Virus record (IMG/VR): IMGVR_UViG_3300032309_002930
Coordinates: 1 to 64,000 of that record
DNA length: 64,000 bases
Origin: a virus
Direction: 5' to 3' (one strand)
The notes beneath the pieces were generated by a model. That model was not told where the DNA came from. It did not search any database and saw only the letters and a program-made list of their open reading frames with translations. Shown piece after piece: positions 18,004 to 27,771 of the stretch. Made by a program: the position numbers and the translations under genes. Numbering within the stretch: the first letter of the stretch is position 1; every line of letters starts with the position of its first letter.

Positions 18004-19084
18004 ACATGCTATTAGGAGTATTTCTTACCGCTTTTATTTCTCCAGTCCATAATCCGCCCCTCATCTCGTCTATAGATCTAAATCCAAGATAACTCATAGC
18101 ACTTCTAAGTCCATTAGCAAAATCATAAAGTATATCTTCAAGGGATTTGTCTTCTATAATTGGTATGAGAGTATTGTCTCCTTCTATGAAAAGATTTTTT
18201 TTCGTTCCATCATATAATTCATAATCCTCAACTACATCTTGACTTGCCATTCCTCTATATTTGGCATAGGCTTTGCCACCTTTCTGAATAACATCTTCAT
18301 CTTCGATAACATCGGCTAGACCAGCAAAAATTCTTCCACAAATTACAGCATCACAACCACTAGCAATAGCTTTAACTAAATCTTTTGGATAACGAATACC
18401 ACCATCCGCAAGAATACTTGGTCTATGTTCTGGATTGGGTTTGTCTTGTTTAAATAGATCTACTTGAGATAACTCCCAATTTCTTATGGCTTTCCAAGCA
18501 TAATAGTTGCCAGTTAAACTTGGGCATCCAATTCCAGTTTTAACTTGAGTTAAGCACATAGATCCTGGACCGATCAAATGTCTAAATCCATCAGCTTTAA
18601 GATTGGCTAATCTATAAACACTTTCTTTAGTTAAAGTATTTCCTACAATAATATCTTGCTTGTATCCAGAGGTTTTATACCATCTTAGAAAATCTTCTAC
18701 ATTTTTAGCTAATCCATTAGCTGTATCTACAAAATAAATATCAGTATACAACGATGTATCTCTAATTCTTTCTACCGCGTCTTTTAATCCAATTGCCGTA
18801 ATACAAAAATTACTTTCGTCTCTAATAATCTTAGCTTTTTTTGTTTGATCTTGTACGGACATGAAACGATGTAAAACTCCAGCGCCTCCTATTTTATTTA
18901 TTTTAATGCAAGATTTTACAGAAGAAACTGTATCCATTGGAGAAAGAATAATTGGTATATCAATATATTTATTTCTACTTATTTTAGTTGTTGTATCTAC
19001 TTCTTTTCTTGATGAGATATCTGAAAAATTTGGTAAAAGTGAAATATCATCATAGCTTAGAGCTTCTTTAAAGAGGTTTTTCAT
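17978..19084 (-). CDS. IMPDH/GMP reductase family enzyme, no CBS domains
   Basis: SPMDTV, GVLHRF, IGPGSMCLT (catalytic Cys), ADGGIR, YRGMAS, GLRSAMSYLG. Confidence 0.9.
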   Translation of the reverse strand: MKNLFKEALSYDDISLLPNFSDISSRKEVDTTTKISRNKYIDIPIILSPMDTVSSVKSCIKINKIGGAGVLHRFMSVQDQTKKAKIIRDESNFCITAIGLKDAVERIRDTSLYTDIYFVDTANGLAKNVEDFLRWYKTSGYKQDIIVGNTLTKESVYRLANLKADGFRHLIGPGSMCLTQVKTGIGCPSLTGNYYAWKAIRNWELSQVDLFKQDKPNPEHRPSILADGGIRYPKDLVKAIASGCDAVICGRIFAGLADVIEDEDVIQKGGKAYAKYRGMASQDVVEDYELYDGTKKNLFIEGDNTLIPIIEDKSLEDILYDFANGLRSAMSYLGFRSIDEMRGGLWTGEIKAVRNTPNSMYEGFAHGK

Positions 19085-19089
19085 TTTTA

Positions 19090-19383
19090 TTATTGAGGTA
19101 TACCATTAGCTACTGTACCAATTGGATAGGGCATTCTAACTATTGATTTATCATAATTTCTGTAAATATAGTCATTTTTAATAGTATATTGTGGATATGG
19201 AGTTCTTACGATTGATTTACTGTAATTTCTATAAATATAATTTCCTTGTACAACAAATTGCGGATATGGAGTTCGAACTATTGAATCAGAATAATTTCTG
19301 TAAATATATGTTCCTTGTTGAGTTTGTGCTTTTAAAGCTAATGGCATTAAAATTAATGCTAATGTATATATAATTTTATTCAT
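19090..19383 (-). CDS. secreted protein with three 23-aa repeats
   Basis: Signal peptide ending ALKA; YIYRNY-x2-SIVR-x-PYP three times. Confidence 0.75.
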   Translation of the reverse strand: MNKIIYTLALILMPLALKAQTQQGTYIYRNYSDSIVRTPYPQFVVQGNYIYRNYSKSIVRTPYPQYTIKNDYIYRNYDKSIVRMPYPIGTVANGIPQ

Positions 19384-19426
19384 TTATGTATCTTACTATA
19401 TTAGAAATTAAAATGCAAGATTTTTT

Positions 19427-19837
19427 TTAGATTTTTATTATTTCTATATTATAGAACTTGAATATATCTAAAGCCCCTTTATCAAGTAAGTATTCTTCGT
19501 TATAGATAACTTTTTTAATTCCATATGAAACTATATTCGAAGCACAAGCTGAACATGGAAGTAAAGTTGTAGCTAAAATATATGGTTCTTCTTCTCTTTT
19601 AACTCTTGATAAAGCATTTATTTCTGCATGAATAACATATTTTCTTCTTAAATCTCTATCCGACCAAAATTGATAATCCATTGTAATTTTTGGTAATAAT
19701 CCATTATATCCAGTTGATAATATTCTTCCTTCTTTATTCATTATGCAACATCCAACTTTTTTATGTAAATCTTCTGATCTTTTGGCGCATTCTTTAGCTA
19801 CATTTATAGCTAATTCTGCAAATGATATTCTACTCAT
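19427..19837 (-). CDS. dCMP deaminase
   Basis: KVGC, TGYNG, HAEINAL, PCSAC zinc deaminase motifs. Confidence 0.88.
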   Translation of the reverse strand: MSRISFAELAINVAKECAKRSEDLHKKVGCCIMNKEGRILSTGYNGLLPKITMDYQFWSDRDLRRKYVIHAEINALSRVKREEEPYILATTLLPCSACASNIVSYGIKKVIYNEEYLLDKGALDIFKFYNIEIIKI

Positions 19838-19957
19838 AATTTATGAAATAAATATACAGAAAATAATATTGTTATAATAAAACTTAATTCCATATGTTCA
19901 TATTACCATATAATTAATAACTTGACAAGATATTTTATTTTTATTATAATGATTGTT

Positions 19958-20542
19958 ATGATTATAGGCATAACTGGTGTTGCTAGATGCGGTAAAGACA
20001 CTTTCTATTCTATACTTAAAAAATATTTAGAAGAAAAGCAATTGAAATCTCAAAGATTAGCCTTTGCAGATGATTTAAAAAAAGAATTAAATGATTTTAC
20101 TAAAGAAAAATTTAATATAGATTTATTTAAATGCGATGGCGCAGATAAAGAATTAGTTAGGCCATTAATGGTTGCTTATGGAAAATGCAGAAGAAGTCAA
20201 ACTGAAGGTAAGTATTGGACCTCTCAATTAGATGTAAAAGTGGAAAAATTATTAAAAGATAATATCGTTCCTATCGTGACCGATGTTAGATATATAGAAT
20301 ATAAAGACGATGAATATTCTTGGTTAAAATCTCGGAATGGCATCTTGATTCATTTATCTAGAAAACTAGATGATGGATCTATCATACCTCCAGCTAATAT
20401 TGAAGAAAAATCTAACGACAATAAATTAAAGGCTGTTGCTGATTTTTCTATATGCTGGGATACTTGTCAAGATACAAACTTCTTGTACGAACTTATGCAA
20501 AAAAATTTAAGGAATATATATGACAGACTTAGACTTAATTAA
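19958..20542 (+). CDS. deoxynucleoside monophosphate kinase
   Basis: IIGITGVARCGKDT P-loop, AFADDLK, VTDVRY; start from TTGACA-17-TATAAT-7-ATG. Confidence 0.82.
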   Translation: MIIGITGVARCGKDTFYSILKKYLEEKQLKSQRLAFADDLKKELNDFTKEKFNIDLFKCDGADKELVRPLMVAYGKCRRSQTEGKYWTSQLDVKVEKLLKDNIVPIVTDVRYIEYKDDEYSWLKSRNGILIHLSRKLDDGSIIPPANIEEKSNDNKLKAVADFSICWDTCQDTNFLYELMQKNLRNIYDRLRLN

Positions 20543-21104
20543 AAATATAAGAAACAATCAAGACAATGAATCATTAAAATGCCTCATACATCGTCATAGT
20601 GGTATTTTTTGTGAGATTGTTAAAAGATATCAATCTTTTATAGTTCAAAAAGGACACGATCCAAAAGATCTCTACGAAGATAAAGATGTTATCGTATACC
20701 AATCTGCATTGTCATTTAATGAAGATAAAAATGTAAAATTCTCAACTTGGTTAGGAAATCAAGCTAGATATCATTGTCTAAATTTTCTAAACAAGAATGC
20801 AAAATTTTTACCCACTGACAATGAATATCTTCAAAATATGATAGAAAACTCTCAAGATCAAAAAGAGGATATGAAAAAAGAAAATTGCGAATATTTTCTT
20901 AATATTTTAAAATCTTTAAAAGATAAAAGAGTATATAAAATATTTAAAATGCGTTTTTACTCACCCAAGAAAAAAAATCGTTCTTGGAATGCTATTGGTA
21001 AAAAATTAAACATAAGCACTCAAACTGTTATCAATATATATAATAAACATATTAACTTCCTAAAAATTAAATCATTTAAAGATAATTTCAACGATCAGAT
21101 ATAA
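20520..21104 (+). CDS. sigma70-family RNA polymerase sigma factor
   Basis: Region 2 KFSTWL; region 4 HTH SWNAIGKKLNISTQTV. Confidence 0.8.
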   Translation: MTDLDLIKNIRNNQDNESLKCLIHRHSGIFCEIVKRYQSFIVQKGHDPKDLYEDKDVIVYQSALSFNEDKNVKFSTWLGNQARYHCLNFLNKNAKFLPTDNEYLQNMIENSQDQKEDMKKENCEYFLNILKSLKDKRVYKIFKMRFYSPKKKNRSWNAIGKKLNISTQTVINIYNKHINFLKIKSFKDNFNDQI

Positions 21105-21145
21105 TTTCTTGACTTTTTATAATAAAAGTATTATAATCATAAAAT

Positions 21146-21460
21146 ATGAATACAAATCAAACAAATACTAAGAATAATGAATGGTCTAAGAGGGATATTG
21201 GTGCTCTATGGAAAAGAGAAGGTAAGAGCGGAAAATATCTTTCTGGATACTTCAAGGATGAGCTTGGCGAGCAAGTAGAAATTGTAGTATTCACCAATAA
21301 ATTTAAAGGTGAAAATGCAAAAGCTCCAGATTTTAGAGTATATCTCTCTAAAGATACTAATGGATCTTCGACTGCTCCAAAAGCTACAGAAACTTCACAA
21401 CCAGTTAAAGCTAAGGCTCAAAAGCCTCAAGTTAAACAAGTAGAGGAAGACCTATTGTAA
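21146..21460 (+). CDS. DUF736-like protein (possible ssDNA binder)
   Basis: IGALWKR..GKYLSG..N..K....PDFRV; acidic tail EEDLL. Confidence 0.6.
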   Translation: MNTNQTNTKNNEWSKRDIGALWKREGKSGKYLSGYFKDELGEQVEIVVFTNKFKGENAKAPDFRVYLSKDTNGSSTAPKATETSQPVKAKAQKPQVKQVEEDLL

Positions 21461-21461
21461 A

Positions 21462-22544
21462 ATGGATATAGCTTTAAATATTCCTTTAAATAATGTAAGT
21501 TTTGGGCAAACTTCTTTTGCTTTAATTAAAAATTTATATAAAAGAAATTTTAATGCTAAAATATTTCCAATAGGTAACGTAGATCTTTCTAGTCAGAAAG
21601 TTGATAATGATCTTGGTTTATGGATTAAAAATTCTATAGACCAATCATTATCTTCTTTCTCTAGGAAGGAAAAGATTTTTAAACTATGGCATTTAATGGG
21701 CAGTCTTGAAAGTTTTTCTGAAAAACAAGTTTTGATGTCATTTTATGAGTTAGATTCTCCTACTAAACAAGAAATAAATATAGTCAAAAATAATTATAAG
21801 ACTATATTTACTTCTAAATATACATGCGATATATTTAAATCTGTTGGATGTGATAACGTAGAGTATATACCATTATTCTTTGATAAAAATAATTTTAATG
21901 TAAAACAAAAACAATACTTTCAAGATGGCAGAATAACTTTCAATCTAGTTGGTAAACTAGAAAAAAGAAAAAATCATAAAATGGTTATTCAATCATGGCT
22001 TAAGAAATATGGAAATAATCCTAAATATTTTCTACAATGTGCAATTTTTAATCCTTTTTTAAAAGCAGAAGATCAGCAAAATTTAATTAATTCAATACTT
22101 GAAGGCAAAAGGTATTTTAATATATCATTTTTAGGCTTCATGGAAAGTAATGAAACTTATAATGATTACTTAAATAGTGGAGATATAATTATTGGAATGA
22201 GTGGTGGAGAAGGATGGGGATTACCAGAGTTTCATTCGTTGGCTATAGGAAAACATGGGGTTATATTAAATGCTCATGTATATAAAGATTGGGCGAATGA
22301 AGAAAATGCTTGTTTAGTTGATTCTTGCGGAAAAATTGAAGCATATGATAATATGTTTTTTCATAAAGGAGCAGTTACTAATCAAGGAAATATCTATATG
22401 TTCAAAGAAGAAGATTTTATTGATTCTTGTGAAAAAGCAATTAAAAAATTTGAATCTAATAAAATAAATGAAAATGGTTTAAAATTGCAAGAACAATATA
22501 CCTCAGATAATACTTTATCTCAAATATTAAAATTAATGGATTAA
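21462..22544 (+). CDS. GT4-type glycosyltransferase
   Basis: GKLEKRKN, SGGEGWGLPEFHS. Confidence 0.8.
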   Translation: MDIALNIPLNNVSFGQTSFALIKNLYKRNFNAKIFPIGNVDLSSQKVDNDLGLWIKNSIDQSLSSFSRKEKIFKLWHLMGSLESFSEKQVLMSFYELDSPTKQEINIVKNNYKTIFTSKYTCDIFKSVGCDNVEYIPLFFDKNNFNVKQKQYFQDGRITFNLVGKLEKRKNHKMVIQSWLKKYGNNPKYFLQCAIFNPFLKAEDQQNLINSILEGKRYFNISFLGFMESNETYNDYLNSGDIIIGMSGGEGWGLPEFHSLAIGKHGVILNAHVYKDWANEENACLVDSCGKIEAYDNMFFHKGAVTNQGNIYMFKEEDFIDSCEKAIKKFESNKINENGLKLQEQYTSDNTLSQILKLMD

Positions 22545-22545
22545 T

Positions 22546-22896
22546 ATGCCAGAATATTTATATCAGCATCCTACTGATGGTAAAACTATTTGTTTGATAC
22601 AAAGAATTAATGATAAACATGAATATATTGATGCAAAAGGTGTTAAGTGGAATAGAATTTTTACTGCTCCACAGATAAATGCTCAAGAAAAACTATCAGT
22701 TAATTCTACTGAAAAAGACTTTGCAAGAGTTACTTCATCTCAAAGAGGTAATGTTGGCGATCTTTTTGATAGAAGCCAAGAGCTTTCAGATAAGAGAAAA
22801 AAAGTATATGGAAAAGATCCAATTAAAAATGAATATTTTAAAAATTGGAGTAAAAAAAGAGGTGGTAAAAAACACCCTAAATCATATGAGGATTGA
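22546..22896 (+). CDS. hypothetical protein (FmdB-like start)
   Basis: MPEYLY...WNRIFTAP. Confidence 0.55.
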   Translation: MPEYLYQHPTDGKTICLIQRINDKHEYIDAKGVKWNRIFTAPQINAQEKLSVNSTEKDFARVTSSQRGNVGDLFDRSQELSDKRKKVYGKDPIKNEYFKNWSKKRGGKKHPKSYED

Positions 22897-22897
22897 T

Positions 22898-23227
22898 TTA
22901 TTTTCTATTTAAATGGTTTTGTATTATATCAAAATTACGATCTAATTTAGCTTCGATTCTATCAAAATAAACTTCAAAAGATTCTTTAGTAACATATGTA
23001 GTACTTATTTTTAAGGCTAAATCTGCTATCTCTTGTTGATGTTTCCTTCCTTCTAATTCCATCTCTTTTCTTAAAGTAATAAAATCACTAAAGGTTTTAT
23101 CATTAATTTCTTTCATAAGATTCTCTTGCTTATCAAAAAGAGAGAATACTCTAGTGAATAACCATCCTCCAAGAAAGGATAAAGCTCCTAAAATAACATT
23201 AAATAGCATTGTAATATCTAAATTCAC
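22898..23227 (-). CDS. membrane-anchored coiled-coil protein
   Basis: N-terminal TM helix, YVTKE motif; GTGTAA-8-GTG. Confidence 0.6.
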   Translation of the reverse strand: MNLDITMLFNVILGALSFLGGWLFTRVFSLFDKQENLMKEINDKTFSDFITLRKEMELEGRKHQQEIADLALKISTTYVTKESFEVYFDRIEAKLDRNFDIIQNHLNRK

Positions 23228-23256
23228 ATAGATAATTACACATCAATTAATAGATA

Positions 23257-24321
23257 TTATAGCTTTAAATCTCCAAAATCTTTGTCTTCTATGTCTGTTT
23301 TTCTTGCGCCAACTTTATAGCTAGAAATCTCAGTTTCTTGAGGAGCAACTTGTACTTTGCTACTATCTAGATAACTATCATGCCATCCACCAATAGGGTT
23401 ATCTTTTTGGTTAAATATCTTCTTATAACCTAAGCTTCTTAGTCTGCTGTCACAAAGCCACTTAGAGTAACCGTCTAGAACCTCTGCATTTAATCCAAGT
23501 AAACTACCATTACTAAAAAGATACTTAGACCATTCACTTTCATTCTTGGCGGCTTGCTCATAAAAAGCATAGATTTTATCTTCGCTTTTCTTGACTATAC
23601 TTGTAAAACCTTCCTTATCTTCATCTCTTAATATTTTGAGTAAATTTTGGCTTACTGCAAAATGAAGAGCTTCATCACGTTGAATGAATTTAATAATTTT
23701 AGAATTGCCTTCCATCTTACCGCGATATCCAAAATAGAAAGAACAAGCAAAAGAAACGTAAAATACAAGACCTTCCATTACGTTGATAGAAAGAATAGCA
23801 TCAAAAATCTTTTGTTTAGGATCTTTCTTCTCGTCATCTCCAAGAATTTTATCAAAGTTATTTCTAATTAACTCTGCGCGACTTGTAATTTCTTTATCTT
23901 CCATAATACTATCAAAAAATTTAGTAGCATCTGGATATACATTATTCAAAAGATAAGAATAAGAATAACTATGAATGCCTTCAAATTGAGCCCATGTATT
24001 CATACAAATCTCAAGTTCTGGATTACTTACGTAGTCTTTAAGAGAATGGATACTTCTGGAAAGCATACTATCGCCAAGAGTTTGAAATCTTAAATTACTA
24101 TCAAAAACAAATCTTTCTGTTTCTGTTAGGTTATTATAATCACTACGATCTTTTCCTAAAGCTATTTCATGAGGCCACCAAAAATTTTCATTTTGTTTTT
24201 TAAATAACTCAAAGAATATTGGGTACTTAAACCGATCATATCTTTGAAGATTAAGATCTTCGCCAAGAAATAATGGTTGTTTAGTAGTATCTATATTTTT
24301 GAAATTTAATACTGTTTTCAT
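23257..24321 (-). CDS. nrdB: ribonucleotide reductase class Ia beta subunit
   Basis: FWWPHE, EGIHSYSY (radical Tyr), EGLVFYVSF, RDEALH, QVAPQETEISSY. Confidence 0.96.
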   Translation of the reverse strand: MKTVLNFKNIDTTKQPLFLGEDLNLQRYDRFKYPIFFELFKKQNENFWWPHEIALGKDRSDYNNLTETERFVFDSNLRFQTLGDSMLSRSIHSLKDYVSNPELEICMNTWAQFEGIHSYSYSYLLNNVYPDATKFFDSIMEDKEITSRAELIRNNFDKILGDDEKKDPKQKIFDAILSINVMEGLVFYVSFACSFYFGYRGKMEGNSKIIKFIQRDEALHFAVSQNLLKILRDEDKEGFTSIVKKSEDKIYAFYEQAAKNESEWSKYLFSNGSLLGLNAEVLDGYSKWLCDSRLRSLGYKKIFNQKDNPIGGWHDSYLDSSKVQVAPQETEISSYKVGARKTDIEDKDFGDLKL

Positions 24322-24324
24322 AGA

Positions 24325-26586
24325 TTATAGTTTACACGCACCACTTGAACAGTCTCTATCTTCTTTTTGGTCTAGTGATTGTTCTCTATCTCCATCGTCT
24401 GTGTTATTATAATAAAGACTAATTAATCCAAGACTATATGCATACATGATTTCTTTCATCACTTTAGCGTCTGGTAATATATTGTTTTCATAATGACTAT
24501 AATTGTAGTATACGTTAGTTGATATAGCCATGTCAATATATTTTTGAATTATTGCATTGATTTTTAATAATCCACTATTATCTTTAAGATCATAAGCTAA
24601 TTCATAATTATCATCATACTTACCAATTCCTGGAACCATTACTGGAAGTTTACCCATTTTACTAGTTTTATAAGTGATAAGACTACGAATAGGTTCAACT
24701 CCATTTGTAGAGGATTGAATAACCGAACTACTTTCACAAGGCATACAGGAAGATAATGTCGAGTGTCTTAAACCATGTTCTTTAATTTGTTTTCTTAGCT
24801 TTTCCCAATCAAGAGATAGTTTTCTTTTACATATTTCGTCTACTTTATCTTTATAAGTATCAATTGGTAATATGCCTTTAGAGTATTTTGTATGATTGAA
24901 TTTTTCGCACTTACCTTTTTCTTTGGCTAATTCTAGACTACTCTTTAAAAGGTAATATTGAAAGTATTCCATCCATTCATCAATTACTGGTAATGACTTA
25001 TCTGAACTATATTTTAATTCATTTTTAGCAAGAAAAGCTGCAAGATTAGTAATACCAATTCCAAGACTTCTACGTTTTTTAGCAAAATTTTCAGCAGCAA
25101 TATTAAAGTAATCTTGAAGTTCAATGATTTCATCAAGAAATCTTACGATAAGATCGCAAGTCTTTTCAAGATCCTGCCAGTTTTTTATTTCTAGCATATT
25201 TACTGCCGAAAGAATACACATACCGATTTCGCCTTCTTTGTCATTGTAATCGTTTAATGGAATAGTTGGATGGATAACTTCTGTGCAAAGATTACTCATT
25301 GTGACTTTATCATACCAAGCTCCATGCTCATTAGCATGATCTACATTAAGAATATAAATACGACCAGTTTCAACTCTTTCTTTAATTATCAAAGAGAATA
25401 ATTTTCTAGCAGACACTTTCTTTTTTAGTTTTAATTTTTTAGATTCACATTCTTTATATACTTTATCAAAGTCTTTAGTTCCCCAAGCTTCGTAAAGCTC
25501 TGGAACTTCTGAATTATTGAATAATGTGATATCTTCATCTTTCAAAACTCTATCATAGAATAATTTACTCATACCAACAGTATAATCAAGCTTACGAACT
25601 CGATTGTCATCTGTTCCAGCGTTATTCTTTAATACAACAATATCTTCAATTTCGTAATGCCACCATTGAATATTGCAAGTTGCGCTACCACCTCTTAAGC
25701 CATTTTGTTGCCAAGCTTTTACGCTACTTTCATAAATTTTTAAAAATGGAATTAAACCAGTATGAACAACTTCTCCATTCTTGATTGGTGATCCAATAGC
25801 TCTAATCTTACTAACATCAATACCAATTCCACATCTATTAGCTGTAGCTATACTAACAGCAGTTGCACTAGCTGTAATACTTTCTCTTGTGTCATCTACG
25901 CCAATTAAACAACAACTAGCATAATTCCTACTAGAAGTTCTTACTCCAGCCATTACTGGCGTTGGTAAATTAATTTTATGCTTACTAATAGCATCATAGA
26001 ATTTTCTTACATAATTCAATCTTGAATCTAATGGATATTTTGCAAAAGCATAAGATGCAATTAATATATAAGCAAATTGTGGAGTTTCATAAATTTGACC
26101 AGTGGTTCTATTTTTAATTAAATATTTATCGCAAAGTTGTTTAATTCCAGCATAAGTAAAAGTAAAATCTCTTTCGTGATCAATGAACTCTCCGATCTTA
26201 TTTATTTCGTCTTCGGAATAATTTTCTAAAATTGAACTATCGTATACTTTATTCTTTATGCCTTGATTTAAAAACTCTAATAGTCTTGGAGCATGTTTTC
26301 CTTTCCAAACGTCTTTTCTTAATTGATAATTTAAAAGTCTAGCAGCAACAAATTGATAATTTGGTTTTTCAGTTGAAATAAGATTAGCTGCACTTTCAAT
26401 CAATAGGTTGTGTATCTCTTTGCTTGTGATACCATCATGTATGTTTATTTTTGCGTTTATCTCTATATCTGTTAGACTTACTCCAGTATAACCATCAATT
26501 GCCCAATTGATAACTTTATTTATTTTCTCTACATCAAATTTTTCTGTTGCACCATTTCTTTTTTTTATAATAACGTTCTTGCTCAT
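24325..26586 (-). CDS. nrdA: ribonucleotide reductase class Ia alpha subunit with ATP cone
   Basis: KKRNG ATP cone, PTPVMAG, ASCC, SNLCTE, MPCESSS, C-terminal CSSGAC. Confidence 0.97.
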   Translation of the reverse strand: MSKNVIIKKRNGATEKFDVEKINKVINWAIDGYTGVSLTDIEINAKINIHDGITSKEIHNLLIESAANLISTEKPNYQFVAARLLNYQLRKDVWKGKHAPRLLEFLNQGIKNKVYDSSILENYSEDEINKIGEFIDHERDFTFTYAGIKQLCDKYLIKNRTTGQIYETPQFAYILIASYAFAKYPLDSRLNYVRKFYDAISKHKINLPTPVMAGVRTSSRNYASCCLIGVDDTRESITASATAVSIATANRCGIGIDVSKIRAIGSPIKNGEVVHTGLIPFLKIYESSVKAWQQNGLRGGSATCNIQWWHYEIEDIVVLKNNAGTDDNRVRKLDYTVGMSKLFYDRVLKDEDITLFNNSEVPELYEAWGTKDFDKVYKECESKKLKLKKKVSARKLFSLIIKERVETGRIYILNVDHANEHGAWYDKVTMSNLCTEVIHPTIPLNDYNDKEGEIGMCILSAVNMLEIKNWQDLEKTCDLIVRFLDEIIELQDYFNIAAENFAKKRRSLGIGITNLAAFLAKNELKYSSDKSLPVIDEWMEYFQYYLLKSSLELAKEKGKCEKFNHTKYSKGILPIDTYKDKVDEICKRKLSLDWEKLRKQIKEHGLRHSTLSSCMPCESSSVIQSSTNGVEPIRSLITYKTSKMGKLPVMVPGIGKYDDNYELAYDLKDNSGLLKINAIIQKYIDMAISTNVYYNYSHYENNILPDAKVMKEIMYAYSLGLISLYYNNTDDGDREQSLDQKEDRDCSSGACKL

Positions 26587-26724
26587 ATTTTCTTTCTAGC
26601 GTAAAGAATAGTTTACAGTATTTTTAATTTTTATAAAAGAAAAATAACTATATTAATGTTAATAACTTCATATCTTAATAAACAAGTGTACTGATCTAAT
26701 ATCTTTTCCTAATAAATATTTCCC

Positions 26725-27004
26725 AATGAGCTCCTTCAAAGCAGAGCTTTCCCTGTGTTTTACCACAAGTTCGCTTGAGCCGTTAGTTCAATTTCCCAAT
26801 TGAGTCCATAAGCCTTTCGGCTCCCTAACACTTATCGGATGTCGGTAGGATCATCCATCGCGTGTTAGCCCTTTCACCTACACTCCCAGAATTTCTTCTG
26901 GTTTCTCAGGTCGCAAGCTCTGTTAGCGTTGCCTGACGTTAAGAACTAATCTAACTCACCATTTTAAGGAGTATGGCAAACCTTTTCGCCTTTCAGCGAG
27001 ATGT
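26725..27004 (-). ncRNA. unassigned highly structured RNA (~280 nt)
   Basis: 111/240 GC in 26761-27000 within a very AT-rich genome; several GAAA-capped hairpins, long-range closing stems, two possible pseudoknots; dedicated promoter. Confidence 0.75.
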
Positions 27005-27010
27005 CGTATT

Positions 27011-27039
27011 ATAATACATCAATAAATATATTTTGTCAA
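27011..27039 (-). promoter_or_regulatory. sigma70-type promoter for the structured RNA
   Basis: TTGACA (27034-27039) N17 TATTAT (27011-27016). Confidence 0.75.
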
Positions 27040-27046
27040 ATAAAAT

Positions 27047-27727
27047 TTATTCAATCATTTTATAGTAATCATGATCAAAATGTGGATTTAAATTTATTAT
27101 TCCATTTTCTTTTATACAAAGTTTTTCAGCCCAATCATAGATTTCTTTATTAGTTCTATTTCCCATTCCAGAAACATGATAAGTATTCATTCCCCATCTA
27201 TATATCATAGTAGGATTTTTTAAAGATGTGAAGACTTTAGCATTATAATTACCAAAAGTTCTCATATCTTCAAGATAAGTTGTATCATTGCATACAAGTT
27301 TTTTTAAATATTTTTGAGTATAAATAACACCAGTGTTATAATTTCCGCTAGCACCCTTAAACTTATTATCTACAAAATAGTAATGAGCACTACTTCGATA
27401 TATATCATATCCAGGATTTTCTTTTATTGTTTCTTTTGATAAATTGACTGCATTACTAGCTAGCAAATCATCATCCTCCAACCTATAAATATAATCATTC
27501 TTACATTCTGTATAACCATAGTGATATTTACTCTCAATAGAGGCAAATCTTTCTTTTAAATTTACAATTTTAATATTTGGATGATTTAAAATATATTCTA
27601 CATTTTTATTATCATTAATAATAACCATCTCATCAGAATCATTTAAATTTTTTTGATTTAAAAAAGAATATATAGCTTCTTCTAATAGATGTTTCCTTTG
27701 ATATGTTATAGTAAGAAAGGAAATCAT
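27047..27727 (-). CDS. GT2 glycosyltransferase
   Basis: ISFLTITYQR..LEEAI.SF..Q, LEDDDL. Confidence 0.8.
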   Translation of the reverse strand: MISFLTITYQRKHLLEEAIYSFLNQKNLNDSDEMVIINDNKNVEYILNHPNIKIVNLKERFASIESKYHYGYTECKNDYIYRLEDDDLLASNAVNLSKETIKENPGYDIYRSSAHYYFVDNKFKGASGNYNTGVIYTQKYLKKLVCNDTTYLEDMRTFGNYNAKVFTSLKNPTMIYRWGMNTYHVSGMGNRTNKEIYDWAEKLCIKENGIINLNPHFDHDYYKMIE

Positions 27728-27735
27728 ACTATATT

Positions 27736-27763
27736 TTACACATATTTGTTGATTTTAGTGTAA
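27736..27763. promoter_or_regulatory. divergent pair of GTGTAA motifs
   Basis: Minus-strand GTGTAA at 27736-27741 and plus-strand GTGTAA at 27758-27763, each exactly 8 nt from an ATG (27727, 27772). Confidence 0.65.
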
Positions 27764-27771
27764 TGCTATAT

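Noticed and set aside
19427-19837. TadA-like tRNA deaminase acting on tRNA-Ser(ACU)
   Set aside because: RS.D..KVGC and TGYNG motifs plus the neighbouring dNMP kinase fit dCMP deaminase better
26725-27004. RNase P RNA, cobalamin riboswitch or group I intron
   Set aside because: Only short chance matches (GGUGAAAGGG); no GAGGAAAGUCC/P4, B12 box or P7 elements; the region does not interrupt a gene
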